64,000 nucleotides of DNA from Eledone cirrhosa (GCA_964016885.1 OZ024746.1:100564001-100628000), one strand, 5' to 3'; positions 38,070-51,490 are shown, counted from the stretch's first letter. Numbers and translations are program-made. Notes: generated from the letters alone by a model not told the origin.

Positions 38070-38630
38070 AACTTGCCATCCCCTATACATCATCATAAAC
38101 TGAAATCAAGGTACAAATTGTTGTCCTTAAATGCTCATAGTTTGTGTAACAAATTACATCTTTTTGATTCTTACGTCAAAAGTATCGACCCTGATTTCCT
38201 TACAGTCATGGAAACATGGGCACATTCCTTACTCTGTGATAGGGTTTTCAGTATAGCTGGCTACAACTTATTTGTAGTGCAAAGTACAAATGATTTCCTT
38301 GAGCTAGTGCTGGACTCGAACTAGTCCCAAGTAGTCACCTGCCCAACAAGAGGTGACAACACTTTGGATCTACTCTTTACCACTACTCCTGAAACAGTTA
38401 TTAGTGTTACTACTGAAGAACCTTTAGGTGATTCTGATCATGCTATGATCATTGCCAATCTGTCTCTTTTAGGCAGTAACAAAAACCTATTTAAACCTGT
38501 ATATAGCTATGGTGCGGCCACACCTAGAATTTGCATCACCAGTCTAGAACCCCATCTTGCTCAGAACATTGACATCCTGGAAACTGTTCAGAGACGTGAA
38601 ACCACTTGAATACCTTCCATCAGGCATCGT
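38070..38630 (+). mobile_element. Deleted CR1-like LINE remnant (APE endonuclease plus C-terminal piece)
   Basis: SLNAHSLCNK, ETW, PTRGDNTLDLLFT, PLGDSDH, DILETVQRR. Confidence 0.75.
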
Positions 38631-40088
38631 TAATTTGACAGTGTAATCACTACTACAACTACGATAACGACAATAGTCAATGAGACTTACGGAACACCTT
38701 GCTCTCACTTCCACTCAGGTAAGAGAAAAAGAAAGTTAGTCGCTAGCTATTTTAGAAGATGAAAAACAAAGTAGTCGTGAGCTTTTTCGTAAATTTGAGG
38801 TACTAATATTTCAACAACTGTCTTTAACCAAACTGTTCAAGAGAAAATTATGAACTCCCGGCGCAATTTCCTTCTTTTTTTATCTTATGTCGTCGTAGCA
38901 TTTATGTTTGGAAATTCATTGCACGTGGCATTAGCTAGTAAGTTATTCAATTTTCATTAATTTATTTCACTGTTATTATTATTATTCTTTTTTTATTAAC
39001 GAGATAAGATTGTAATTATGATTATTTTTATATAGGTACTTTATTTTCACTACCGACTCCAACAGTAAAAGATAAAATATCGTTAATTTATGACAACCGT
39101 GTTAATAGTTTTCAGCTTATGTGTTGTATCCTTGGTAACAGCAGTTATCATATCTGCTCTCTTTATATATTTTTTGAAATAACACGTTTTTGTGCTCCAT
39201 TTTTTTTTAAAGAAAAACAGTATATATATATTTTTTTAAATGTTTGTAGTCAATTGCGAAGGGCATCTGTGTAAAGTATTTTAATTGATAATCCCGGCCA
39301 CCTTGTATAGTTTCCCACCCTAATTAATTTTACGACTTACCACATGAACTTTGTTTGGATCAACACTTTAAAAGTGGGAAAGTAACGAAACTAAACCAAT
39401 CAGTCCTACCTTCGTTACTTACCTACTTTTAAAGTGTTCAATACACCAGTAATCAATATTCCCTGTTATGTGTATGGTAGAAGCATTTCGATCACCTGTA
39501 ACTTAACTCTTTAAAAAACTACTATAAAACCTATAAATGGAGCAGATGAGACGATGTGTAAAAACATGTAAACATCAAGGATTCTAAGTAAATTACGAAA
39601 ACATTAACAGTCTTCATCGTGTCTTACACATAATTTTTATACATCCGTGTTCTCACTCCTACCACCTATTTACAAACCATTTATTGGGAGAAGTGGATAT
39701 TCTTCCACTCATTCACTCTATCACTCACACAGGTGCGTGTAATACCTAATTACTATCAAGCTCTTCCTCCTCATGCCAAATCTCCCGTGAAACAATTTCT
39801 AACTTCTGACCCTTTTTATAGTTTTATCATTGTTTCATTAAAGGAATTCAGTAGAAATTCTATTATGGTCAAAATGTATTTAAAAGCAGAAAATATAAAT
39901 GAGGAGTTTTTTTTATTCATGTTTGTTTTAAAGTTCTATAGAAATTTACGTTTTAAATATTCAGTTAATGAATTTAACAGTAGTTGTATAAATAACATTA
40001 AAATATGTTTTAAATATATACATAAATATACATAAATCACATTACAAATGTGTAAATAACATTATAAATTTCTCGCAATTCGTTCAGG

Positions 40089-40211
40089 AGAACATACAAA
40101 TATAATTGTTTCTACTTTAGGCACAAGGCCAGCAAATACCCAGTGTATTACTGGTACTTTATTTTATCGACCCCGTAAGGATGAAAGGCAAAGAGAACAT
40201 ACAAATATAAT
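40089..40211 (-). mobile_element. 5'-truncated tRNA-SINE with 19-bp TSD
   Basis: GAGAACATACAAATATAAT flanks the SINE core and tail on both sides. Confidence 0.85.
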
Positions 40212-41036
40212 GTCGGTGGTAAACACAAATATTAACAAAAGAGAGAAAAAAAGGGGGTTGAAGATAAACTACCTTAATTCACCACAAAGTCAGACAATCG
40301 GTCGCACATCCCATCATAAGGGTTAACTAAACAGACGCATCAGATCGATCTACTAGCAACTAGCAAGATGTAGCACTTAGCAAAAAACTTTGGCCCTCTT
40401 GACAAGGGCCCAGCAACATTCTTCCTTCTGCATTTCAACACATCAACCAAGTTTGGAATCATCGAACCAGACCAATGTAATGACAAGCAATATCTCTTCG
40501 TGGGCAGGACCACTAGAAATAACAGCTAGCCACTTCTATAAGGCAACTTGTATCACTGCACACAAGCATTCATCCTACCTAAACATATTTCACATTCCTT
40601 ATACAACACAAATTCTCTCCTTGTTTGTTGTTCATATCTTTTGGCTATAACAAAATGTTAATTCATGTGACTCTGTTGTGAAATACTTCGCAATAAATCT
40701 ATTATTGCTTGTCTGTAATGTAATACAGCGGAAAAGGCGCATAATGGAAATATATGGAGTTTTTCCTGGTACCTTCATAAATAGAGAGAGAGAAAGAGAT
40801 AGTGGTTATGAGAGAGTAGATTGAAAGAGAGAGAGGGGGAGAGGGAGAGGAGACAGAGAAGGAGAATGGAAGAGAGAGAGCTGGTGGTGTTATATATATA
40901 TATATATATATATGTAAGTGTTTGTATATATGTGTGTCTGACCAGTGTATATAGATCAGACACCCACATATATATATATATAATGGTTGTCTTTTTCCGG
41001 GTATGTCAATATTTATTTATTTATAAAACAAATCTG

Positions 41037-41102
41037 TATTTTATCTGATGAAAGCGCACCATAATTTGCCTTGGTTGCCCTTGAAATATGTATAATAAAA
41101 TA
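41037..41102 (+). ncRNA. Type I hammerhead ribozyme motif (HHR1)
   Basis: Stem I TATTTTAT/ATAAAATA; CTGATGA at 41045; stem II AAGCGCACCA/TGGTTGCCCTT; GAAA at 41083; TATGTA then TA (AUA cleavage triplet); outer extension TATTTATAAAAC/GTTTTATAAATA. Confidence 0.8.
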
Positions 41103-41157
41103 AATATGGTTTTATAAATATAGTTTCCATTTATTAATATATTGTATATATTAATGA

Positions 41158-41556
41158 AGGCACATGGCTTAGTAGTTAGAGCATTGGGCTTGCAATCGAA
41201 AGGTTGTGAGTTCAATTCTCGGACCGGGTGATGTGTTGTTTCCTTGAGCAAGACACTTTATTTCACATTGCTCCAGTTTACTCAGCTGTAGAAATGAGAT
41301 GATAGGGACAGAGGTCCCTATCATTCCACTGCAAAGTGGTCGTGGAGGTGCCACGGCAAAAAAAGCACCCAGCACTCACTGTAAATGAGGTTGGTGTTAG
41401 GAAGGGCATCCAGCTGTAGAAATCAAGCCAGAATCAGTTCCCGTATGAGCAAGACAAGGTCAGTCGACCGGGCACTGCCCACAACAGCACAACCTGTCTA
41501 ACCCATGCTACCGTGGAAGAACGGACGTAAAACGGTGATGATGATGATGATGATTA
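41158..41556 (+). mobile_element. Full-length tRNA-headed, RTE-tailed SINE
   Basis: A-box TGGCTTAGTAG, B-box GAGTTCAATTC, CCTTGAGCAAGACACTT core, GTTAGGAAGGGCATCCAGC, tail ACGGACGTAAAACGGT(GAT)n. Confidence 0.85.
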
Positions 41557-42103
41557 TATATATATATATATATATATATTTTTCCTCCGCTGCGACCTGT
41601 CTGTTTCTTTCTTACTGCTTCCCCTTTCTCTGTATCTCTCACCTTCTTTTTACCTCCTCTGCCAGTCACTCTCTCTCGGCTGGCCTCTTCCTCACACTTT
41701 CACTCACTCACTCTCTGCTTCTCCTCCTCTCTCACTTCCTCCCGTTTGACCTATGTGAAATCCTTTTCTCGCTCACATCTCGCCCAGGTCGGATGGTCTT
41801 TACCTCTCGTCTATGATTTCACCGGGCTTAAGTTCACAGATATCACGGACTTGTTTCTCCTCTTCCTATCTTTCCGTTGCATTCCCATCTATGTTTGTTT
41901 ACATGTCTTGCCGCTCGCTTCACCCTATTTTACTTGTCCCAATAACTTTCTTTAGTTATTGCTCGCACCAACCAGAGGTATATGATCTTTAAAGCGAAGA
42001 AATACCAATGAAGGTTGGAAGATCACTGATGAAGGACTAATTTTATTCATCTGTAACCCATGTGCAACCACACAGCATGCCATTTTTCATATATATATAT
42101 ATA

Positions 42104-42140
<37 letters not shown>

Positions 42141-42142
<2 letters not shown>

Positions 42143-42459
42143 TAAAGGGTTAAACAAGATTCAATGAATACATCAAAGAATGAGTTTTACAGTAGATTGG
42201 AAGCACTCTACAGGAAAATATTTTCCAGAGTTATTAATATTAATTCAAATATTAACAAAATAGATATTCTTGTGATCGATTAAACTTTATTATACATATT
42301 TCGGAGGTACTTGAATCAGGTTCAACAGTATGTCCTCATCAGATAAAATAAAATGATACATGACATACCCTGACATGTTAGATGGTTAAGATTTAATCAA
42401 GGTGGTGATTAACTTATGAGAAAATTCAATATTTATACCCTAATATTGAGAACATGCGA
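42141..42459 (-). mobile_element. Isolated 3'-end copy of Penelope-like element 2, abutting (TA)n
   Basis: Inverted match to 52209-52425 with scattered substitutions, extending ~100 bp further to the (TA)n tract. Confidence 0.8.
42286..42347 (-). ncRNA. Type I hammerhead ribozyme motif (HHR2), intact core
   Basis: Minus strand: TTTAT-CTGATGA-GGACATACTGTTGAACCTGATTCAAGTACCTCC-GAAA-TATGTA-TA-ATAAA. Confidence 0.82.
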
Positions 42460-42545
42460 GGTCGGGTGACCTTGTCTTGCTCATATGGGAACTGATTCTG
42501 GCTTGATTTCTACAGCTGGATGCCCTTCCTAACACCAACTTCATT

Positions 42546-43530
42546 TACAGTGAGTGCTGGGTGCTTTTTTTACCGTGGCGCCTACACGACTACTTTACAG
42601 TGTGGTCTGGGTGCTTTTTTTACCGTGGCGCCTACACGACTACTTTACAGTGTGGTCTGGGTGCTTTTTTGTTGTGACACCTACACGACCACTTTACAGT
42701 GTGGTCTGGGTGCTTTTTTGTTGTGACACCTACACGACCACTTTACAGTGTGGTCTGGGTGCTTTTTTGTTGTGACACCTACACGACCACTTTACAGTGT
42801 GGTCTGGGTGCTTTTTTGTTGTGACACCTACACGACCACTTTACAGTGTGGTCTGGGTGCTTTTTTGTTGTGACACCTACACGACCATTTTACAGTGTGG
42901 GCTGGGTGCTTTTTTGTTGTGACACCTACACGACCACTTTACAGTGTGGGGTGGGTGCTTTTTTGTTGTGACACCTACACGACTACTTTGCAGTGTGGGC
43001 TGGGTGCTTTTTTTACCGTGGCGCCTACACGACTACTTTACAGTGTGGTCTGGGTGCTTTTTTTACCGTGGCGCCTACACAACTACTTTACAGTGTGGTC
43101 TGGGTGCTTTTTTGTTGTGACACCTACACGACCACTTTACAGTGTGGTCTGGGTGCTTTTTTGTTGTGACACCTACACGACCACTTTACAGTGTGGTCTG
43201 GGTGCTTTTTTGTTGTGACACCTACACGACCACTTTACAGTGTGGTCTGGGTGCTTTTTTGTTGTGACACCTACACGACCATTTTACAGTGTGGGCTGGG
43301 TGCTTTTTTGTTGTGACACCTACACGACCACTTTACAGTGTGGTCTGGGTGCTTTTTTGTTGTGACACCTACACGACCATTTTACAGTGTGGGCTGGGTG
43401 CTTTTTTGTTGTGACACCTACACGACCACTTTACAGTGTGGTCTGGGTGCTTTTTTGTTGTGATACCTACACGACTACTTTGCAGTGTGGGCTGGGTACT
43501 TTTTGTTGTGACACCTCCATGACAACTTTA
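42546..43530 (+). repeat. 49-bp minisatellite (~20 units) expanded from within a SINE
   Basis: Unit ACTTTACAGTGTGGTCTGGGTGCTTTTTTGTTGTGACACCTACACGACC, continuous with SINE sequence at 42460-42560. Confidence 0.95.
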
Positions 43531-44261
43531 CAGTGGGAGGTGGTGGGGGCATACTGTCGATATGCTTCAGCTTCGGTTTGTACCCATGAGAAGTCGGGTC
43601 TTCTGTATAACTGCGTAACACCAGAGGTCTCGGTCCTCTGTCATCACCTTTGAGAGGTGCAATTGGGCAAGGTCAGCTTTTATCACCTAATCCCAGGTCT
43701 TCTTGGGTCTCCCCACTCCATGGCTTCCATCGAGTACCTCACTGTTATTTCATATCACCTTATTAAGGTATCCTAATACATATGTAAGATACTAGCTGCC
43801 TTGCCCAAATGGTTTGGAGGTCTTGGCCTGCACAAATGCACATCTTTGTCCCTTGCTTTCTTCCCGCCAACCATGCCTGCTGCCCTTTGGTGGGTGATCT
43901 CCTCTCCTTCCCAACTTGGACTAGTTCCACCAGGGAGTTGGCTGAAGCTTTACTACAGAGGAGATAGCTGGGTTTGTCAGTCCCTGTTACTGATGAGGAT
44001 AGACAGAAGCAGAGAGTATGGGACAATCTGTTCAAGGGAAACTTTTAACTTTCTCTTTGATCTTTCCGATCAATTTTCTAGATGCCGCTTACTTTCTGCT
44101 AGTGCAAAGTTCTTGGGGGACTGGATTGATGCCCTGCCTGTGGCCAACATTGGTGGCCTTCTCAGTCAGGATGAGGTCAACATCTTCATTGCACATCGAG
44201 TGGGAGCTGATGTCTGTGAGGGGTCTGAGATGCCGCTGTGGTAGGTCCCTCGACTCCACAG
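43484..44261 (+). repeat. Left arm of an inverted duplication (SINE/RTE piece plus CRE-like fragment)
   Basis: Near-identical reverse complement of 53466-54245; ORF-track translations at 43801 (+) and 53926 (-) are almost identical. Confidence 0.95.
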
Positions 44262-44332
44262 TTGATATGAAGCTTAAAAAATATTGCGAGCAGTGAAGTG
44301 TTAAATCATCATGTTGATTTAACACCTCCTAC

Positions 44333-44334
<2 letters not shown>

Positions 44335-44412
<78 letters not shown>
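44335..44412. repeat. (TA)n microsatellite
   Basis: Direct reading. Confidence 0.97.
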
Positions 44413-44417
<5 letters not shown>

Positions 44418-47400
44418 AGATACTATTTATAGTTATGTATATTTTAAACCATAATCAGGGAAGGTCAGTAATTTATTACTACCTTATTACCAGTAAGATA
44501 AATAGCTCAATGTAATAACATCAGTTGTTCTACAGAGCAGAATTCACAAGAATCAAAGCTATGTTCAAAGCATTTATTCACTTACAATTGTTTCATCCAA
44601 ACCTAGGCCTGGAGTCTTCAAAGCATTTTTCAATAAGCAAGAGTATTATGGTGGTTGTAGTGGGAGGGTATTTTTTGTATAGATCAAAAAAGTATGTGTG
44701 CAGAAAAAGAAAAAGAAAAAGAAAGTTATAGTTTTTGCATCCACCACCATTTTCACATTCAGAAAAAGGAAGTTATAGTTTTCACATCCATCACATATGT
44801 TACGATGATTCCATACTGAATGTTTGATGCCGTAAATGATTGTAACATATTGAGGCTCAGTGTTATTTAATCCATATTTATAGAATATGTTCTTTCTGCT
44901 GCGAGAATTTACAGTGGTTTATTATCCAGAAGTAGGTGTGTAATTAAGGGGAGGTAACTAGCTGATTCTCATAACTAAATTCATTGTTCTAACATACATT
45001 ATATGGTGTCTCAATTGACTCCCTTATATAAAAGGTTATATATTTATATTTAATTTTAAATACAGTCTACTCTATCATAATGTACTAAAGGTATCTATAG
45101 GAAGTTGATTACTCCTCATTATGTAGCACTATAATTGAGTTTCCCACGCAAAGTGCTATATCTTTATATCAAAATTCACTGTAAATACAGTCTACTCTCA
45201 AAACATATCAAAGGACCAATTAGAATTTTGTCTACATAACCCCTGGAAAGTTATGGAGCAGCGTACGGCTGTTTGCATGATAAAATCAAATACATCTCTT
45301 GGGTAAACAAATACATCCCTCATTTACAATGTCATTAATCTATCCATCAAGTTATACAGGCATATATAATTCATTGCACCACCCTACATATAAGTTAGAC
45401 AGATCCCTTATGTTAATAAATTAATCCTATATATATCCAATGTTATTACTCTATACATTTAATTACAGATGCATATATAATTCATTGTTGTATCTAGTAT
45501 TTAAAGTTTATATAGACTGTATTATATTTCAATCCCTATATAATTATAAGTAATTAAAAGTAATTATATTAAAAGTTGGTGTTTATGGGGATATTTCTAG
45601 GGTATAAAGTTATAGATAGATAGAATGATTTGTGTCGAGGGAAGGGTGGATCAGAGAGTGTGGTGTAGTGATGGAAGGCATGCCCTTGAGGTGTGGTGTT
45701 AGAAACGGTGATGGGTTCAAGTTTGACATTGTTATATATTGGGTTTAAAGCTTTGGAAGGAGTGTCGGAAGCAGTGCTGGCACGACGCAAACACTTCTGA
45801 TTTTTTATTAAGGAGGTTAAGGTTCGAAAAGATTATAGTATGGGTTTCTAGTAGACAGAGGTTACAGAATCTATTAGGTGGTTTGTACGATGCCGCCTTA
45901 CCTATCACTTCCCATTGAAGTGTATCTGATCTATTTCTAATTTTCAGATAGTGTATGTAGCTAGATAGTGAAGTGGAGTTGGCTAGACTGTGTTTTTTGA
46001 AAGAATGGAGATGTGAGTTGTATCTCGTTTTGAAGCAGTTCGAGGTAGAGCCTATATAGGTTTCAGAAGAGTTGCTAGTTCTGACCGTGCATGAGTAGAT
46101 GATGTCCTTGATTAAGCAGTTTTTACCTAAAGGGCAGGTTCTATTAGATCTACAGTTACATTTATTTTGGATGTTAACCTGTTGGTTATTATGTTGTGTA
46201 GAAGTCTGGTTGCTAGGTATTGCATTATGGCTATGAAGGTTGTCGCTCATAATGCTATTGATTTCATTAGTATTATTACTATTATTACTATTGATATCAG
46301 GGTTTGCAGTTATTACGTTGTTTTGAAAGTTTACCCCCTGCTGTGTTTTAGTTTGTTGAAAGTAAGTATTAATCTTTCTTTTATTGCTACTAGCTATGTG
46401 GTATGCTATGTTAAGCGTGGTAGAGTAGGAGATTTTAATGGTGTTTTTATTTATAAGACTATGGTACATGTGGCCAGATGGGAAGTTTTTATCCAGGAGT
46501 GAGAAGAAAGCCTTAGGTAGGTTGGTAGAGACGTTTAGATTGAAAAGGGGGTTGAAAAATGTATTAGTTCTTCTATTTTTTGTTTTTTTATATCTGTTGA
46601 GGTGTTTCCGTTTATGATATTTTGGTGTCCTCTCTGGTGTGAGTTATGTTTGTTGCTACCCTTCGTATTAGTGTGTGGTTATTACTCTTATTACTATTTT
46701 TCCTCATGGACATATTGTGAGAAATAATGTTGTAACTATGTGTTTTTATAGGTAGGAACTCAATCTCATTATTATGGCCTGATCTAGCTAATGCCTGATT
46801 ATAGTATTGTGAGTTTTTGCTAAATATGGTTTTGTCATAAGATAGATTAGAGATTCTATTGGATATTCCTTTAGTGATAGAGTTTAATATTGATCTAGGG
46901 TGGTTAGACTTGGTATCTACGTAAATTAGTTTTTCGTTAGGTTTATGGAATGGTGTATATATTTTAGAGTCTAGGTAAAGGGTAGCATCAAGGAAGTTAA
47001 CATTTTTAGTGTTTTTGTCTAAGGTGATACTTAGGTTATAGTTTTTGAAAGTTTTATGCAATAGTTTCCTAGTTCTTTCTATATTAAATTTTTTATAGTC
47101 TATAAATAGTAGTGCATCATCGTGGTACAAACCACCGTTGAGGTATGGTAGGTCCTTATGGATTTCGTTTAGTAGGTATAGGCCCACCAAATCAGTGACC
47201 TGCGCCAAGTCACTAGATCCCATAGTTATGTCAAAGTTGTTATGCGTATCCTTGCGGGTCCATAACTGATCTTCAAATGTAATTATGGTTTTACGGGCCG
47301 TAAGTATGACATCAATCTGGGGTCTAGTCAGGTCACTATAGTTCATGGCCATAATTAGTGCCTTATTTAATAGGATAGGGGAAATAGAGGTGTAGTATGA

Positions 47401-48940
47401 ATTGATATCAAACTGAATAAATTTTTTATTTTTGTTCTCTTTGATATCCTTAAACCATTCAATAACTTCCCCCGTATTTCCCCATTGTTTAAGGTATATT
47501 TTGTGTTTAATCTGTGGGATGATTTTATCCAAAATTTTCTTACTGATAATGCCAATGTCAGACTTGGAAGGGCAGATTAGTCTAATCGAAAGGTTACTAA
47601 TGAAATCCTCCTTATGGTCCTTCAGAGAGAATCTAGGGGGGTTCGGTGTGTATGGTTGTGTATGTCTCTGAAGTCCCAATTTGGACACTATACTACGGCC
47701 CTCCAAATTAATATTTTCTAGGTTTTTCATAGTAGTTTTCTTATAGCTCCTGTGTAGTTCATTATATATAAATTTTCTATATGTATCATAATCTAGGCTG
47801 TATATGTTATTAGTTTTGTCTGCATGCACAATAATTTTACTACTTGTTTTGAATCCATTAATAGAGGAGTTAAGTTTGTTTAAGAATGTGTTGTTTCTAT
47901 TACAATGCTTTTTGTATTTAATGTTCTTAACTAGTTTTATTAGGTCATTTTCAAAGGAGTTTAGTAGTGTGTTGTGAGGAGGGCTTCTAAAAGTTTTAAA
48001 GCCGAAGGAGTCGAATTTGTTAGTATCATAAATTATGTTAGATCTGTTTTTATCATAATTGATAAAGCAGCTGACACTATTGATCAATAATTTTTCGTAT
48101 ATATCTTTGGATGGTATTGGTATGTTCTTAGTTGACACAGGAAGTTGGTCTTTGATCAGCATACTGGTAATTTAATGTATGTTAGCTCAACAGTATGGAG
48201 CAGTTAATAATATTAAGGATACTATTTATAATTATGTATATTTTAAACTTGTTATAGTTATGTATATTTTAAACTATAAACAGGGAAGGTCAGTAATTTA
48301 TTACTACCTTATTACCAGTAAGATAAATAGCTCAATGTAAGAACGTCAGTTGTTCTACAGAGCAGTTATATAGAATTCACAAGAATCAAAGCTATGTTCA
48401 AAGCATTTATTCACTTACAATTGTTTCATCCAAACCTAGGCTTGGAGTCTTTGGAGCATTTTTCAATGCTTGTACATATAATTGACCTCCTATCCAACGC
48501 AAGAGACATACAGATACATATATATATATTGATGTACAGTGGAGTGACATATATTATACTATACTATACTATATTTGTACAGCAATTCAAATTTAAAATC
48601 AAAATTAAAATACACGCGGCAGATAACACAGATAATGCAAGAGGATAGTTCAATAGTCAGATCTAGTAGGTAGTGTATGCGTTAGTCATACATGGAGCAT
48701 GCAAGTGTGTCTCATTTATATACGAGTATTGTGTGGCAAGGTATTACATGTAATACAAGCACTTTAAGCAGGTAAGCAAGAGTATTATGGTGGTTGTAGT
48801 GGGAGGGTATTTTTGTATAGATCAAAAAAGTATGTGTGCAGAAAAAGAAAAAGAAAAAGAAAGTTATAGTTTTTGCATCCACCACCATTTTCACATTCAG
48901 AAAAAGGAAGATATAGTTTTCACATCCATCACATATGTTA
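44410..48940 (-). mobile_element. Penelope-like element 1 (Naiad-type), near full length, with pseudo-LTR direct repeats
   Basis: Direct repeat 44410-44800 versus 48207-48940 (309-bp indel) flanks a RT plus GIY-YIG reading frame; the 3' end abuts (TA)n. Confidence 0.88.
45732..48162 (-). pseudogene. Penelope/Naiad-type RT plus C-terminal GIY-YIG endonuclease, disrupted near 46600
   Basis: KNIPIPS, GFK..PP, ADKT, LKDHK, RLICPSKSDIG, FDI.SYYTSI, MGS, YHDD, NFLD, KISYS, CNCR..CPL..CL..IIY, YIG..FKTRY..H, CNLCL.E. Confidence 0.9.
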
Positions 48941-51279
48941 AAAGCCGGGGCTTTTTTATAATTTTTCCTAAGTTCCTTTAAAATATAATAACTTGATTTT
49001 ACAGAAGATCTTACAGAAATTAATGAGGATGCATATAAATTAATTACCAATTTAGGAATAGAAGGAAGAACAGAGCCACTTATACCTAGGCAGCCGTGGA
49101 TCAACTTAAAAGATTACAAAAGAAACTTCGAGGAAGACCTGCCAGTTAGACTGATTGCTCCATCCAAATCGGATATTGGAGTAATCAGAAAAAACATTAT
49201 CGATAGAATTCTACCTGCTCTTAAATTGAGATCTAAATTGAGCTTGTGGAAAGATACAAACGAAGTCATAGAATGGTATAAGAATATAGATGATAAGAAA
49301 AACCATAAATTCATCAAGATGGACATAACAAGCTACTATTCTTCCATAACGCCCAACCTACTAAATAAGGCTCTATCATACGCTTACTGATCTAACCACA
49401 GATGAAATTGATATCATACTAACAGCCAGAAGAACTCTTATTAACTTCAACAACGAATATTGAACTCGCTCAGATAGAAATAGAAACTTTGATATTACCA
49501 TGGGGGCATCTGATTCAGCGCAAATCACAGATCTGAGGATTTTCATATTAAATATGATAAATAGAAAACTGACGGAGATTACCGGTGGTTTATATAGGAA
49601 CAACATTTTATTTACGGTTGTCAAATAACAATATTGAACTAAATAGAGTAAAGAAAAGTATAATTGAATTCTTTAAAATGTATGACCTTAAGTTAGAAGT
49701 AGAAAGTGGTACCAAAATAGTTAATTTTCTTGATGTTACGTTTAACTTAAACTATGGCTTTTATTATCCTTTTCATAAGCCCAATGAAAACTTAAATTAT
49801 GTTAGTTATTATTCACTGTCAGCCTAAGTCAGTAAAAAAAGCAATTGTAAATAGTGTGCAAAAACGCATTAATAGAATATCTGCCAATAAAGCAATATTT
49901 GATGAAAATGCAGGATACTACAATGAAGCGCTAAAAAGAGCAGGTTATGAGAATAATATTGAATATGTAGATAATAATAATCCAAGTTTTAATCCTGATA
50001 AAAATAATGGCATATATAAACGAAATTCTAATAATTACAATTCAAACACCTATACGGTGAACAAATCGACGAAAAGAACCAGAACTAAATCCGTTATATG
50101 GTCCCCCCCCCTGCTTCCGTAGCAGTAAGAACACCAATAGCAAACCTATTCTTTAAAGCTTTGGACAGCTCTTTCCCTAGTCAACATAAATACCATTCCA
50201 TTTTTAATAGACACACTATTAAATTATCTTATTCTACAACTATGAATATGGCCCAAAACATTTCTAAAATAAACAGTAACATTCTAAAGCAGAATCAGCA
50301 TAATGATTTTAATAATAGTGTTAACATAAATAATAATAAATCAAAATGTAATTGTAGAAATAAACCAGATTGCCCTCTGCAAAATAATTGTTTGGACAGT
50401 AATTTGGTGTATAAATGCACCGTAAAAACTGATAACAACACATACAACTACATAGGAGCGACTTCTTCTACATTTAAGGCTAGATTTGCGAATCATAAAT
50501 GCTCATTTTCGAATTCTAATAGGAAATCATCGACTTCTTTATCACAGCTTATATAGTCATTAAAAGACAAAAATTTAAAATATTCGATCTTTTGGACGAA
50601 ACTTTGTAATAGTGGAGTTTATCTCAACTCAAGTATATCAATTAACTGCAGCCTCTGTACAAAGGAGACCCTATTAATAATTAATAATTATGAAAACTTA
50701 ATTAACAAAAAAAGTGAATTATTCTCAAACTGCCTTCATAAAGCTTTGTCTACATTCCAAACTTCGCATAAGGTCAGGAAAAAACAGTAAGCCACCAAGC
50801 CTGGTTTTTAGACGTACATCATCAACTGTTGAAAATATAAATCATAATGGCTTATAAAACTTTAATAATGCTTTATCTTCTAATCATTTATAATGGAAAT
50901 AATGTTTGAATGAATGACACTTATTTAATAACATGTTGGCAGGTTGATATACATAACCTATGGTTCTTTGGATATTCTTCACTTTGATTCAGACCTTTAT
51001 TTTTCTATCTCTGTTTTAAATATAGTTTAGATATCTAACCTGTAAATTTTACCGACCTTAATTTGAACTGTGAATCATTCATGCATTTACATTTTTATAT
51101 ATATGTATGTATTTTATATATATGTGTGTATTTTACTCATTTGGGGATGGTTTGTGCAAATATCTTTACCTAGTGTAATAACATAATCATAGTTATGCAT
51201 GTATGATTCTACTATCAAAGATTATAATCGTTATTCTTTACTAAATGAATACCGTCTCATTAATACTTAGTATATCTCT

Positions 51280-51490
51280 CTATATATAGTTTGTGCAAAT
51301 ATGTTTATATTGTATAATAACATAATCATAATTATAGTTCGGTATATCTCTGTCTATAGTTTTGTACAAATATGTTTATAATGTATAATAACATAATCAT
51401 AATTATAGTTCGGTATATCTCTCTATATATATAGTTTGTGCAAATATAATTATATTGTATAATAACATAATCATAATTAGAGTTCGGTCT
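51280..51490 (+). repeat. ~70-bp imperfect tandem repeat (3 or more copies) in the 3' UTR of Penelope-like element 2
   Basis: Recurrent TTTGTGCAAATAT...GTATAATAACATAATCATAATTATAGTTCGGT. Confidence 0.8.

Noticed and set aside
38640-38724. Possible + strand exon ending CAG|GTAAGA (also AAG|GTATGT at ~25419)
   Set aside because: Isolated donor-like sites without a recognisable peptide or partner exons.
42020-42075. Fifth hammerhead at CTGATGAAGG
   Set aside because: No GAAA (GTAA instead) and no convincing stem I or II; at best a decayed motif.
44420-44510. Hammerhead in the pseudo-LTR of element 1 (minus strand)
   Set aside because: Hairpins exist but the core reads CTGGTAA or CTGATTA and AAAA; too many core mismatches.
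49455-50560. Selenocysteine recoding in the Naiad-type element (reported for some Naiads)
   Set aside because: The in-frame TGA at ~49461 aligns to Trp in element 1 (QLWTR), another stop is TAG, and the zinc-finger cysteines are normal Cys codons; this is simple decay.
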